From an uncultured Candidatus Saccharibacteria bacterium (GTDB lineage Bacteria > Patescibacteriota > Doudnabacteria > UBA920), in NCBI GenBank assembly GCA_964474825.1, contig CAYYWQ010000001.1, positions 677,609 through 741,608 on the forward strand: DNA of 64,000 nt, in the 5' to 3' direction. Position 1 is the first letter of the stretch; each line of letters begins with the position of its first letter. Below the pieces are notes generated by a model, which saw only the letters and a list, made by a program, of their open reading frames with translations, had not been told where the DNA came from and did not search any database. Positions 17,910 to 27,108 of the stretch are shown here, piece after piece. The position numbers were made by a program, and so were the translations under genes.

Positions 17910-19721
17910 TTACCAGCTTCCACCACCGCCGCCGCCAAAGCCTCCGCCGGACGAACCGCCGGAAAAACCGCTTCCCCCGCCTGAGGCTGAACTGCCGGGG
18001 CTGCTGGCCAAAGTAGTGCTGGACGTACTGTGGAACCGGTCTATAGAATTCACAAAAGCCAGGGCGCCAAAAGTGGAATAATTACCACTATACCAGGAAG
18101 GCGGACTCAAATAAATCCCTTCAAATTTTTTGGCCCACTGTTTTTCCACGCCTAGGGCAATGGCATAAGGCAATAACTTTTCAAACCGTTCCGGCGTTTT
18201 GCTTGGGGCATTGTGGAATTCCAAGCGGTCTTTTTCTGCCACTTCTAAATATAATTTTAGACCCAAAATCTGTTTTGCGGCCAACGCGCCGCTTAAAGTC
18301 CGCCTAGGCATTGCTAAACCAAAAATTATAATAATAACCGCGGAAACCAGCATGCTTACAAGCCCAATCAGCCCAAAAGCACCAATTAAAGGAAAACCCA
18401 AACAGCCTACAAAAAAAGCAATTACAACAAACCCAACCTTAACCTTTGCCGGGTCAGAAGTAAAATATTTTTGATTAATTAAAGATTTAACAATTTCGGA
18501 TTTCGCCTTAATTAATTTAGTATAAAAACTGTCTTCCAAAGAAGAGAGCATTACAACATTAGGATTTTTAGGATCAGGATTCTCTTTCGTAACAAACTTT
18601 TGTAATGTATTCAAAAATCCAGCAGCTGCGGGAAGGTTTTTTGCAAGCTTTTTAAGTCCTTCTCCGTCCCCGGGTACTTCGGAAAGTGTAGACTGGTCAA
18701 ACAAACCATTCAGTAAGGTTTTCTGGAATTTTTTTTCCGAGCCGTCCGGAGGTTTTAACTTAGTAAGTTCGTAGTCGTCCTTTTTAGCCGTTATTTTTAA
18801 ATATCCGTTTACAGCCAAAAAAATAATTTCCCCTGTAATCCCCCGAACGGGTTCGGAAAATTTTAACAGCTGGGCAATTTCTGCAGGAGAAAGCCCGGCA
18901 GGAGCCTCGTATTCGGCCACAACAATTTTAGAAACTTCCGGGTCCCGGCCAAAAGAATACCAAATCCAGAAAAAGATTATAAAAATAAACAATGGCACAA
19001 CGGCTATCCAGTTGTCTGAAAATATTTGCATTACCTTTTGCCAGGTTGTGGCTGGAATTACCAAACCTTTAGGAAAAACCACAACAATGGTTAAGCCTTC
19101 ATTGGCCGCCAAACTCTGCTGACTAAAACCTGCGCCGCCAGTTTGAGCAATTGCTTCCTGGCACGCCTGGCCGCTACCAAAACTTCCGGCAAAACACTTA
19201 ATTTTTATACTGCTTTGCGGAACTTCTCCTGGCAAGAGAACAAATGCCTGGGCACTTAAAATAGGCACGTTCCACTCATTGCCGGTAATGTTCCAGTAAA
19301 GCTCGTCGTGGTCTTCAAAAAAATTAATTACCCGCTCAATGGAGTAATTAATCACATAAGTTTGAATGCCGCTAGCAGTTGTGTTAGCGTCTCCAATTTT
19401 AATTTCCAGGTTATTTCCGGACTTAGATGTGCTAAATTTATAAGGACTCCCACTTTCATTGCTAACTGTTACAGCAGAAATTTTAGTCTTTAGCTTACCG
19501 TAATTTGTTGTAAAAACTACTGGAATGTTCCTAAAAATTCCATGCTTGTCGTAGTCGCCAAAATTGTAAACTATTTCTTCTTTAACGGTAACAGTGTTGT
19601 CGCTATGCACTGTAAGCGTGGCTTTAAAACTATTAATCTGCTCCTCTCCATTTGCAGCCCTAGCAGCAGCAGGGAAAAAAAGAAAAACTGCCAAAAATAA
19701 AATTGCGTATTTTAACTTCAT
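17910..19721 (-). CDS. DUF2207-type membrane protein
   Basis: Signal peptide, HGIFRNIP, ELYWNITGNEW, FEKLLPYAIALGVEKQWAKKF, C-terminal GGGFGGGGGGSW. Confidence 0.88.
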   Translation of the reverse strand: MKLKYAILFLAVFLFFPAAARAANGEEQINSFKATLTVHSDNTVTVKEEIVYNFGDYDKHGIFRNIPVVFTTNYGKLKTKISAVTVSNESGSPYKFSTSKSGNNLEIKIGDANTTASGIQTYVINYSIERVINFFEDHDELYWNITGNEWNVPILSAQAFVLLPGEVPQSSIKIKCFAGSFGSGQACQEAIAQTGGAGFSQQSLAANEGLTIVVVFPKGLVIPATTWQKVMQIFSDNWIAVVPLFIFIIFFWIWYSFGRDPEVSKIVVAEYEAPAGLSPAEIAQLLKFSEPVRGITGEIIFLAVNGYLKITAKKDDYELTKLKPPDGSEKKFQKTLLNGLFDQSTLSEVPGDGEGLKKLAKNLPAAAGFLNTLQKFVTKENPDPKNPNVVMLSSLEDSFYTKLIKAKSEIVKSLINQKYFTSDPAKVKVGFVVIAFFVGCLGFPLIGAFGLIGLVSMLVSAVIIIIFGLAMPRRTLSGALAAKQILGLKLYLEVAEKDRLEFHNAPSKTPERFEKLLPYAIALGVEKQWAKKFEGIYLSPPSWYSGNYSTFGALAFVNSIDRFHSTSSTTLASSPGSSASGGGSGFSGGSSGGGFGGGGGGSW

Positions 19722-19807
19722 AAAAATTCTTTAACTCATTTTAAGTATAGCATTTCTGAAAATTTTAGGCAGCCAGATGCCAACAATGTACTACATTTAA
19801 AGAAAAC

Positions 19808-19839
19808 AAAAAGCCCACACATTCCTGTGTGGGCTTTTT
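19808..19839 (-). terminator. Terminator downstream of the tRNA pair
   Basis: aaaaagcccacaca-ttcc-tgtgtgggcttttt. Confidence 0.75.
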
Positions 19840-19962
19840 ACATTTCGTTATTCATTTTTCTTTAATTCTAACTCATGGTTTAACTCCGAATAATTAATAA
19901 GTCAAGCATAGTTACGCACTTTTAAAAAGACAAAATAAAAAACCCTTTTCGGGTTTAAGTTA

Positions 19963-20037
19963 TGGTGGTCCCGGTTGGAATCGAACCAACATCAATGCCT
20001 TAGAAGAGCACTGCTCTATCCATTGAGCTACGGAACC
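19963..20037 (-). tRNA. tRNA-Arg(TCT)
   Basis: GGTTCCGTAGCTCAATGGATAGAGCAGTGCTCT-TCT-AAGGCATTGATGTTGGTTCGATTCCAACCGGGACCACCA; cloverleaf with encoded CCA. Confidence 0.95.
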
Positions 20038-20115
20038 ACGTAAGTTTTCAAGTTAAAAGTAAAAAGTTATCAAGTTATTTGTTACTTGATAACTTGGAGC
20101 TTAAAGCTTATTCTG

Positions 20116-20226
20116 CCCCTCGACTTCGCTCGGGACACTCGACTTGCTTCGAGGTTTATGAGTGGTTAAGGCCTCCTAAAGGCCGAAACCACGAGCGAGC
20201 TTTGACGTTAGTCAAAGCGAGTCGAG
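20116..20226. repeat. REP-like palindromic cluster abutting the tRNA 3' end
   Basis: cccctcgacttcgctcggg; cactcgacttgc...gcgagtcgagtg; gctttgac-gtta-gtcaaagc hairpins. Confidence 0.55.
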
Positions 20227-20303
20227 TGGTGATCCCGGCAGGAGTTGAACCTGCGACCTCAAGCTCCGCAAGCTTGCGCTCTATCCAGCTGAGCTACGGG
20301 ATC
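20227..20303 (-). tRNA. tRNA-Arg(GCG)
   Basis: GATCCCGTAGCTCAGCTGGATAGAGCGCAAGCTT-GCG-GAGCTTGAGGTCGCAGGTTCAACTCCTGCCGGGATCACCA. Confidence 0.93.
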
Positions 20304-20382
20304 ATGCAACTTCCAGATTTTACCACAAACCCGTATTTTTTTCAAGCTGTAATATACTCTATTCTCAAGAAAAATATGCGGA

Positions 20383-21384
20383 TTATTTAAGCGTTACAGA
20401 AGTTAAATACTGCCTGTTTATTCTTACGGCGTAATAACCAACAACCATTATAACCAACCCGGCCAAAACCAACGCAAGTGGCCAGCCAAGGCCTGAGGTA
20501 AAGTATTCACCGGTAAGCTTTAAAATGTAACCTACCAAGGACAAAGTACCAAAAGTTAAAAAGGCTTTGCTTTTTACATAGACGCTTAAAAATACAATAC
20601 CAAACACAAGCAGCGGGTAAATTAGTTCCCAAAAGACATTTTGGTCCGGCTGCCACCCGCCCAAGGCCATAGTGGAACCCAAAAAGAACAAGCTACCAAA
20701 ACCATAAAGCGGACCCACCAGACCTCTTTGGGAAGTTTGCGACAAGTAATATCCCAAAAGCATATAAACTAAGCCAACAACCATAAACTGATATTCCCAA
20801 ATTTTACTGACATCGCTATAACTTAAATTATCCCCCACCAGCCAGCTTACCAAAAAGTGGAAAAGCACAGTTGCAAAAATAATACTAAAGAGCAGCAGGA
20901 CTGTTTGCTGTTTAAAATACCAAAACACTCCTAAAAATATTGCGGTTAAGGAAGCATAAATTGCGACCTGCAGTATATTAGAAGACAAATCAAACCCAGC
21001 TTCTTTGACAGTAACACCTACACCTAAAGGGGCCAGCATGCCAAACAGCAAAAAGAAAGCTTGGGCAAGTTTGCTTAAATTTTCATAACGGCTCAGCAAA
21101 ATGGCCACAAGCCCGCTGGCTAAACAGCTCCCAAGAGTTATAAAAATCCGGAGAGGTGCGCTAAAGCTATCCCAGTTCTGGTAGCAAAGCACAATAATTC
21201 CCAAAAACACAATAGCGCCGCCAATATAATACAGAATCTCGGAAACCCCAACATGACTCTTTTGTTCAACATACTGGGGCACAGCCGTTGAAACTCCGCC
21301 CAAAGCGCTTAAAATTTCCGCCTGGCTTAGTTGCCCGCTTTGGGCCATTTGCCTAACCTCATTTAGTAGTTCTTGTTTTTCCAT
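20383..21384 (-). CDS. DUF2157-like multi-pass membrane protein
   Basis: ILYYIGGAIVFLGIIVL..QNW followed by about 9 TM helices; start MEKQELL preferred. Confidence 0.72.
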   Translation of the reverse strand: MEKQELLNEVRQMAQSGQLSQAEILSALGGVSTAVPQYVEQKSHVGVSEILYYIGGAIVFLGIIVLCYQNWDSFSAPLRIFITLGSCLASGLVAILLSRYENLSKLAQAFFLLFGMLAPLGVGVTVKEAGFDLSSNILQVAIYASLTAIFLGVFWYFKQQTVLLLFSIIFATVLFHFLVSWLVGDNLSYSDVSKIWEYQFMVVGLVYMLLGYYLSQTSQRGLVGPLYGFGSLFFLGSTMALGGWQPDQNVFWELIYPLLVFGIVFLSVYVKSKAFLTFGTLSLVGYILKLTGEYFTSGLGWPLALVLAGLVIMVVGYYAVRINRQYLTSVTLK

Positions 21385-21398
21385 AAATTTATTTTTAT

Positions 21399-21926
21399 TT
21401 ACTCTATCCAACCTAAAAATTGGAAATTATAATAATTGTTGCTGCCGCTTAGTTTTAAGTTGAGCTTACGGCTACGGTTGTGGCCTTTTATAAACCAGCT
21501 GTTGTAATCCGAAGAGCCCCCGCCAAACAGAAAATCTCCTCCCCCACCATTACCCTGCTGTACCGTATAACCGTCGGGCGAAGGATTACTGCTGTCCAAA
21601 TTATAACCTTGGGCCTGTTCAAAAGTTATTTCACTGCTCTGATCTTTGGCTACGTCGTAAATATAAAAATGCACTTCCCCAGGCTGAGGCTTGTAATAGT
21701 CGGGCGGATTTGTTGTTGGGGGCGGATTATGTATTAAATGCCCGTTACTAACCTGGTATTCCTGCTGGCCGTAACCATAATAAACATTATTATTGCTGGA
21801 ATATAAAAAATTATATTGTGGCTTTTTGCCTATTCCTGGAACGTAAATAAAAATCGCGACTAAAATAATCATTAAAACTGGCACTGCTAAGGCAATGTAT
21901 AGGGGGAGATTTTTCTTGTTTAACAT
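21399..21926 (-). CDS. Membrane-anchored hypothetical protein
   Basis: N-terminal TM, SPDGY motif, C-terminal FLGWI. Confidence 0.7.
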   Translation of the reverse strand: MLNKKNLPLYIALAVPVLMIILVAIFIYVPGIGKKPQYNFLYSSNNNVYYGYGQQEYQVSNGHLIHNPPPTTNPPDYYKPQPGEVHFYIYDVAKDQSSEITFEQAQGYNLDSSNPSPDGYTVQQGNGGGGDFLFGGGSSDYNSWFIKGHNRSRKLNLKLSGSNNYYNFQFLGWIE

Positions 21927-21949
21927 AAAATTACAAGTTAATGTCTACT

Positions 21950-22114
21950 TAGAACCTAACTTAAAAATACTTCGGGCTGCAATTCCATAATTTTGACGGC
22001 TTGTATCAAAAAATTTTTCCGCTTATGCCTCCGGCTAAACATCAAAATTTGTTTGAGCCCAATCCGCTCAAAATTCTGAAATTTCGCCTACAAATTATTT
22101 TTAAGATAGCTTCT
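21950..22114. repeat. Palindromic MITE-like element, family B, copy 1 (165 bp)
   Basis: Ends tagaacctaacttaaaaat / atttttaagatagcttct; its reverse complement aligns over its length with 36452-36616. Confidence 0.85.
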
Positions 22115-22171
22115 GTTAATTATAGCACTTTTCCCTAAAATCATATATGATGATAGTAGAAGTTATATTTT

Positions 22172-22858
22172 ATGCAAGAACGAGTACAAAAGTTTATCAG
22201 TAGCGCTGGCGCGGCCAGCAGGCGCAAAGCCGAGGAATTCATAAAGTCCGGCCAGGTTTTTATTAATGGCAGAAAAGCTAAGCTTGGTGACAAAGTAGAC
22301 CCTGAAAAAGACGTGGTAAAAATTTACGGAAAAGTTGTAAAACCAGCGGAACAAAAAATTTACGTAATGTTAAATAAACCAAAAGGCGTAGTAGTAAGCA
22401 AAAGCGACCCAAGGCACAGGAAAACTGTGTTCGATTTACTGCCGGAGGAACTTAGGACTAAAGTTTGGAACATTGGCCGCTTAGATTTTGACACTGAAGG
22501 CCTTATAATTTTAACTAACGATGGCGACCTTACCCAGCAGCTAGCCCACCCCAAATACGAACACGACAAAGAATATGAAGTCTTAACCCAGGAAGCTCCA
22601 ACTGAAAGCCAGCTGGAAGCATTAAGGAGCGGGGTGGAAATTGCCACGGGCACAACTTACCCGGCCACAGTAAAAACCCGCGGAGACATTATTCGCATTA
22701 TTATTCACGAAGGCAAGAAGCGACAGATAAGACGGATGTTCGCGGCCGTAGATTTAACAGTAAAAAATCTAAAACGTATTCGCATAAACAAACTGCTATT
22801 GCCGGCAGACTTACCCCTTGGGCAATACAAGCTAATTAAAAAAGAGTCGATTCTCTAG
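22172..22858 (+). CDS. RsuA/RluB-family pseudouridine synthase
   Basis: S4 domain SRRKAEEFI..G.V, LNKPKG, IGRLDFDTEGL, EGKKRQIRRM. Confidence 0.93.
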   Translation: MQERVQKFISSAGAASRRKAEEFIKSGQVFINGRKAKLGDKVDPEKDVVKIYGKVVKPAEQKIYVMLNKPKGVVVSKSDPRHRKTVFDLLPEELRTKVWNIGRLDFDTEGLIILTNDGDLTQQLAHPKYEHDKEYEVLTQEAPTESQLEALRSGVEIATGTTYPATVKTRGDIIRIIIHEGKKRQIRRMFAAVDLTVKNLKRIRINKLLLPADLPLGQYKLIKKESIL

Positions 22859-22867
22859 CAAAGTATA

Positions 22868-23647
22868 ATGTATAAACACAGAGCAGCAATTATTATTTTT
22901 GTTTTAGCAATAGTTATTTTTGCTGTGTCGTTATTTAAAATAAACCAGCATTACCCACAAAATAAGATTGCAGATGCTCCAAAATTTAAACCGCATGCCT
23001 CCCCCACGCCTACATTTGTTGTCCCATCACCTTCCTCGTCTGTGTCTCCCACGCCTACCAGCTACGAACTACCAGCTACTCTGCTACTTCCAGTCCCCTT
23101 CACACCCCAAGCGCCAACCGGCAACTGGGACACCATTCATAACGAAGACTGCGAAGAAGCCAGCGCAATAATGGCTAATGCTTATTACAATGGCCCGGAC
23201 GACGTAAAGCTAAACACCGACTATGTTGAAGGACAATTAACCAAACTCACGGACTGGGAAATGCAAACCTATGGTTATAACCTGGACATAAACAGCGAGC
23301 AGACCGCGGAAATGATACAAGCCAACTACGGCCTTCACACAAAAATTTTATACAGCTACACGGAAGACGACATAAAAAAAGAATTGTCCCAAAAACATTT
23401 GGTATTATTCCCGGCCAACGGGCAAATGCTGGGCAACCCCAACTTTAAACAACCAGGTCCTAAATACCACATGATAGTCCTGCGGGGCTACACAACAGGA
23501 ACTATAATTACCAATGACCCCGGCACCCGCAACGGCCTAAACTATTCCTACTCCTTTGACACCCTCTACGAAGCCAACGGCAACTGGGATCACGATACTG
23601 AGAAGGTAAATTTAAATATAAAAAATATTATTGTGGTTTGGAAATAA
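22868..23647 (+). CDS. Exported C39-like peptidase-domain protein
   Basis: TM anchor, P/S/T linker, VPFTPQAP.GNW..DCEEAS, YHMIVLRGY, NDPG. Confidence 0.78.
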   Translation: MYKHRAAIIIFVLAIVIFAVSLFKINQHYPQNKIADAPKFKPHASPTPTFVVPSPSSSVSPTPTSYELPATLLLPVPFTPQAPTGNWDTIHNEDCEEASAIMANAYYNGPDDVKLNTDYVEGQLTKLTDWEMQTYGYNLDINSEQTAEMIQANYGLHTKILYSYTEDDIKKELSQKHLVLFPANGQMLGNPNFKQPGPKYHMIVLRGYTTGTIITNDPGTRNGLNYSYSFDTLYEANGNWDHDTEKVNLNIKNIIVVWK

Positions 23648-23804
23648 AGGTTGTAAGCAGCCTGTATTAGCTCCTCGCCTCGCTTGTCTTGCAAGCAAGA
23701 CAGACTCATCTACGTGCTAATAAAATTAAGAAAGCGCAAGGACAGCCGGGGGGCCGCCTTGCGCGATCACGTTGAATTGAGTCTTTCTCCCATGGTCGCC
23801 TCTT

Positions 23805-24524
23805 CTAGGCGACCTTTGCTTTTGGTAACGATTTCACCTTTGCGAGCCCGATGGACTCGAGCAGGCAAATAACAGGCCATGCGGGGTCGATTTCGCCGGC
23901 TTCGTGCGCGAACCGCGCCGAGGTCGGATACTGATGGTGGTTGTTATGCAAGCCCTCCCCGCCGGTCAAAAACGCGACCGACTGCAGGTTGGTTGCGAGG
24001 TTGTCGTAGTTCCGGTAGCCCACCATGTGACAGATGCTGTTGATCGCCGAATTCAGCAGAATGTAGAAAATTACGTGGAATCCCCAAGCAAAGAATCCCC
24101 ACATCCAGCCGAACATCAGCATAAAAATCGCCAAACCGCCGAGGACGCCGAACTTGATGAACGGCAGGCGGTCCAGTATGTCCGGTCGGTAATCCGGAGC
24201 ATACTTGGCAACCATAGCAGCGTCCTTCGTCGCCGTGCGATAGTAAAAAAAGTTACCGAACAGCACGTTCCACATTCCGTACAAGTACGGACTGTGCGGA
24301 TCCCCTTCCTTGTCGGAAAACTGGTGATGCTTACGGTGCACCGCCACCCACTCCCGGGGCATAATCCCGGTAAAAAGAGCGAGCTCCAAGTGCATTACCA
24401 GTGCGAGTGCCGGGTGAATATCCAGACCCCTGTGCGTCAGGTGCCTGTGCAGGTAGATGGTCGTCAACAAGACCGACGTCTGCAAAATTCCGAGCGTAAT
24501 CAAAAACATCAAAAACGGACTCAT
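23805..24524 (-). CDS. Membrane fatty-acid (delta-9 type) desaturase
   Basis: Three His boxes HRHLTH, HRKHH, HNNHH plus GDPHSP; GC-rich; GAGGAGG RBS. Confidence 0.92.
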   Translation of the reverse strand: MSPFLMFLITLGILQTSVLLTTIYLHRHLTHRGLDIHPALALVMHLELALFTGIMPREWVAVHRKHHQFSDKEGDPHSPYLYGMWNVLFGNFFYYRTATKDAAMVAKYAPDYRPDILDRLPFIKFGVLGGLAIFMLMFGWMWGFFAWGFHVIFYILLNSAINSICHMVGYRNYDNLATNLQSVAFLTGGEGLHNNHHQYPTSARFAHEAGEIDPAWPVICLLESIGLAKVKSLPKAKVA

Positions 24525-24694
24525 TTGTATTGAATCCTCCTCACGTTAAGTATAACAGCAACCCAAACTAATTACGAAAAATTTCCAACAAAAAAACCGT
24601 AACTTGCGGTTTAAAAATAAAATACCGCGGACCTCTGAGGAGATGGTCCGCGGCGGGCATAGCCCTAAGTTTTGATGCGGGAGTGAGCGTAAAA

Positions 24695-25234
24695 CTAGAT
24701 GTTGGCTTTCTTGTTCTTGTACTTGGTTGGATACGGGAACAAGAAGAACTTACGAATAGGAAACTTGATCCACTCCCTCTTGTACTTCATGATCACGGTT
24801 GCGTTGGAAGTGGAAAAACGCCTTAAAACTTCAATGCACTTCGCGCACGGCGCCTGCACAGTACGGCGACTGTAACCAGGCTTGAAGTGGACAACAACCA
24901 GTTTAAGAACGATATCATCGTTATCCACTGTCTCGGCCACTGCCGAAGGCTCTGAGCACTGGTTGAATTCGCGTCCGCGCGAACAATTGAGTTGCGGTTT
25001 GCCGTAAAAGTCTTTACGACCCTTGATCACACAGTAAGTGTGACTACGGCGATTCTTGCATTTCAGCTTTGCCTTTTCTAAGGCCAGGTCGACCATCGAC
25101 ATGTCTTCTTTGTTAACCGGCCGCGCTAACTTGCGGATGTAGGCATCACGCAATTCGTCCGCGGTCATCTCGTCTACGGTTTTTCCGACATGCATCGAAG
25201 GTCGCTTCTTCATTACAACCACAGCGGTTCCCAC
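24695..25234 (-). CDS. Cytidine-deaminase-fold-like protein
   Basis: CSEPSAV ... APCAKCIEVLRRF resembles CAE...PCxxC zinc motif; AAGGAGG before GTG. Confidence 0.55.
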   Translation of the reverse strand: MGTAVVVMKKRPSMHVGKTVDEMTADELRDAYIRKLARPVNKEDMSMVDLALEKAKLKCKNRRSHTYCVIKGRKDFYGKPQLNCSRGREFNQCSEPSAVAETVDNDDIVLKLVVVHFKPGYSRRTVQAPCAKCIEVLRRFSTSNATVIMKYKREWIKFPIRKFFLFPYPTKYKNKKANI

Positions 25235-25351
25235 GAAATTCCTCCTTATTCCCTTTCTTGCAGTACTATAATAACATCTACTAACATAATAAAAGCCTAA
25301 GAGTAAGCATCTGAAATCTTAGTAGATCGACTTGTAATTTAAACATTTTTC

Positions 25352-27103
25352 TTATTTTACGTCAAGGTTTTCGCCAATTTGCTGTCTCCACATGGCATAG
25401 TATAAACCTTTTTGGTCTAGCAAGTCTTGGTGTTTGCCATGTTCGGCGACGTTACCTTTTTCTAGGACGTATATTCTATCCGCGTGCATAATTGTAGACA
25501 GGCGATGCGCTATCATTACCGTAATTTGCTCACCAGCACCCGAAAGGTCGCGAATGGTTTTGGTAATTTGTTCTTCGGTTAAAGAGTCGAGGGAAGATGT
25601 TGCTTCGTCGAATACCAAAAGTTTAGGGTCACGCAGTAATGCGCGCGCGATAGATAAACGCTGTTTTTCTCCCCCGCTGACTTTAACTCCGCCTTCGCCA
25701 ATTACCGTGTCCAGCCCTTTTGTGGCCCTTTGCATTAAACTGTCAGCAGCGGATTTTTTTAAGGCTACATTCAATTGCTCATCTGTCGCGTTAGGATTTA
25801 CAAACTTTAAGTTGTCGCGAATACTGCCGGCGAACAATTGAGTGTCTTGGGTCACTAAACCAATTTGGGACCTGAGTTCTTCCAGGTTCGACTCAGTCAT
25901 GTCGACACTATTATAAAATACTTTGCCGTTTTGCGGCCTGTAGAGCCCAACGAGCAATTTTACCAAAGTAGTTTTGCCGGCTCCCGAAGGCCCAACAAAA
26001 GCAATTGTTTCGCCGCTTTGTGCCTGAAAAGAAACTTTTTCCAAAGCAGATTTCCCGGCGCTTAAGTGCTGGAAAGAAACATTTTCAAAAGCAATTTTTT
26101 TGAGGCTGCCAATGCTCTTGGGATTTTCCGCCTTTGGCTCTTTAGGCGAATTTAAAATTTTGCTGAAATTTTCCAGCGATGCCTGGGCTTCGCGGTAAGA
26201 ATTTACTACATCGCCGAGCTGCTGCAGCGGGCTAAACAAAAAGAAGGAATAAATCCACAGGGAGAAAAACTGCCCAATGCTTAAAACCCGGGTAAACACC
26301 AAATAAATCATTACAAATAAAATAAGCGTGCGTAAAAAGTTAATTGCGGAACCCTGCACAAAACTTAAGGTGCGCAAATATTTAACTTTTTGCAGTTCTA
26401 GTTTTAAAATTTCGTTGGTCGTGTTGTTTAAGCGTTTAACTTCGGCCTCGGAAAGCCCCATAGACTTAACCAGCTCAATGTTACGCAGGCTTTCTGTTGT
26501 GGAGCCGGCCAAGGAAGTAGTTTGGGCAACAATTTTAATTTGGACCGCCTTAATTTTTTTGCTCAAAAACGCCGACAAAAACCCTAACACAGGGACCATG
26601 GCCAAATAAACCACAGCCACAATCCAACTTAAAAAGAAAGCATAAATAATAACAAAAACAAATCCAATAATGGAAAAAAATAAAATGTTAACAAAATTGG
26701 TTATTAAAACCTGGCTGTCCTGGCGCACGCGCTGGAGCTTTTCCAAAGTCTCGCCGCTTCTCTGGTCTTCAAACACCTGGTAAGGCAGCTGCAAAGAATG
26801 GGCCAAGCCGTCGGTATACATTTTAGCCCCAACCCTTTGGGTAACGGTGTTTACGTAAAAGTCCTGGAAGTTTTTGGCAATTCGGGAAACCAGGTTAGTA
26901 CCCATAGACAGCAAAAGTAAAATGCCTACGCCGCGGAAAAAATCACTACTGGAAAGTTCGGCGAACTTTGTAGCGTAGTTGTCTAAAATCAGGCGAAAAA
27001 TATATGGATCAAGCAGGGAAAAAATTTGGTTGACCGCGGCCAAAAACATGGCAAGAGCCAAAATTTTCCAGTAGCGTTTTAAGTAACCCAATAAAATTTT
27101 CAT
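25352..27103 (-). CDS. ABC exporter, fused permease/ATPase
   Basis: 6 TM; GPSGAGKT; SGGEKQR; DEATSSLD; IAHRLST. Confidence 0.93.
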   Translation of the reverse strand: MKILLGYLKRYWKILALAMFLAAVNQIFSLLDPYIFRLILDNYATKFAELSSSDFFRGVGILLLLSMGTNLVSRIAKNFQDFYVNTVTQRVGAKMYTDGLAHSLQLPYQVFEDQRSGETLEKLQRVRQDSQVLITNFVNILFFSIIGFVFVIIYAFFLSWIVAVVYLAMVPVLGFLSAFLSKKIKAVQIKIVAQTTSLAGSTTESLRNIELVKSMGLSEAEVKRLNNTTNEILKLELQKVKYLRTLSFVQGSAINFLRTLILFVMIYLVFTRVLSIGQFFSLWIYSFFLFSPLQQLGDVVNSYREAQASLENFSKILNSPKEPKAENPKSIGSLKKIAFENVSFQHLSAGKSALEKVSFQAQSGETIAFVGPSGAGKTTLVKLLVGLYRPQNGKVFYNSVDMTESNLEELRSQIGLVTQDTQLFAGSIRDNLKFVNPNATDEQLNVALKKSAADSLMQRATKGLDTVIGEGGVKVSGGEKQRLSIARALLRDPKLLVFDEATSSLDSLTEEQITKTIRDLSGAGEQITVMIAHRLSTIMHADRIYVLEKGNVAEHGKHQDLLDQKGLYYAMWRQQIGENLDVK

Positions 27104-27108
27104 AGAAT

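Noticed and set aside
20079-20390. 103-aa ORF
   Set aside because: Overlaps tRNA-Arg(GCG) and repeats on the opposite strand
23904-24533. 209-aa plus-strand ORF
   Set aside because: Antisense shadow of the GC-rich desaturase; no motifs
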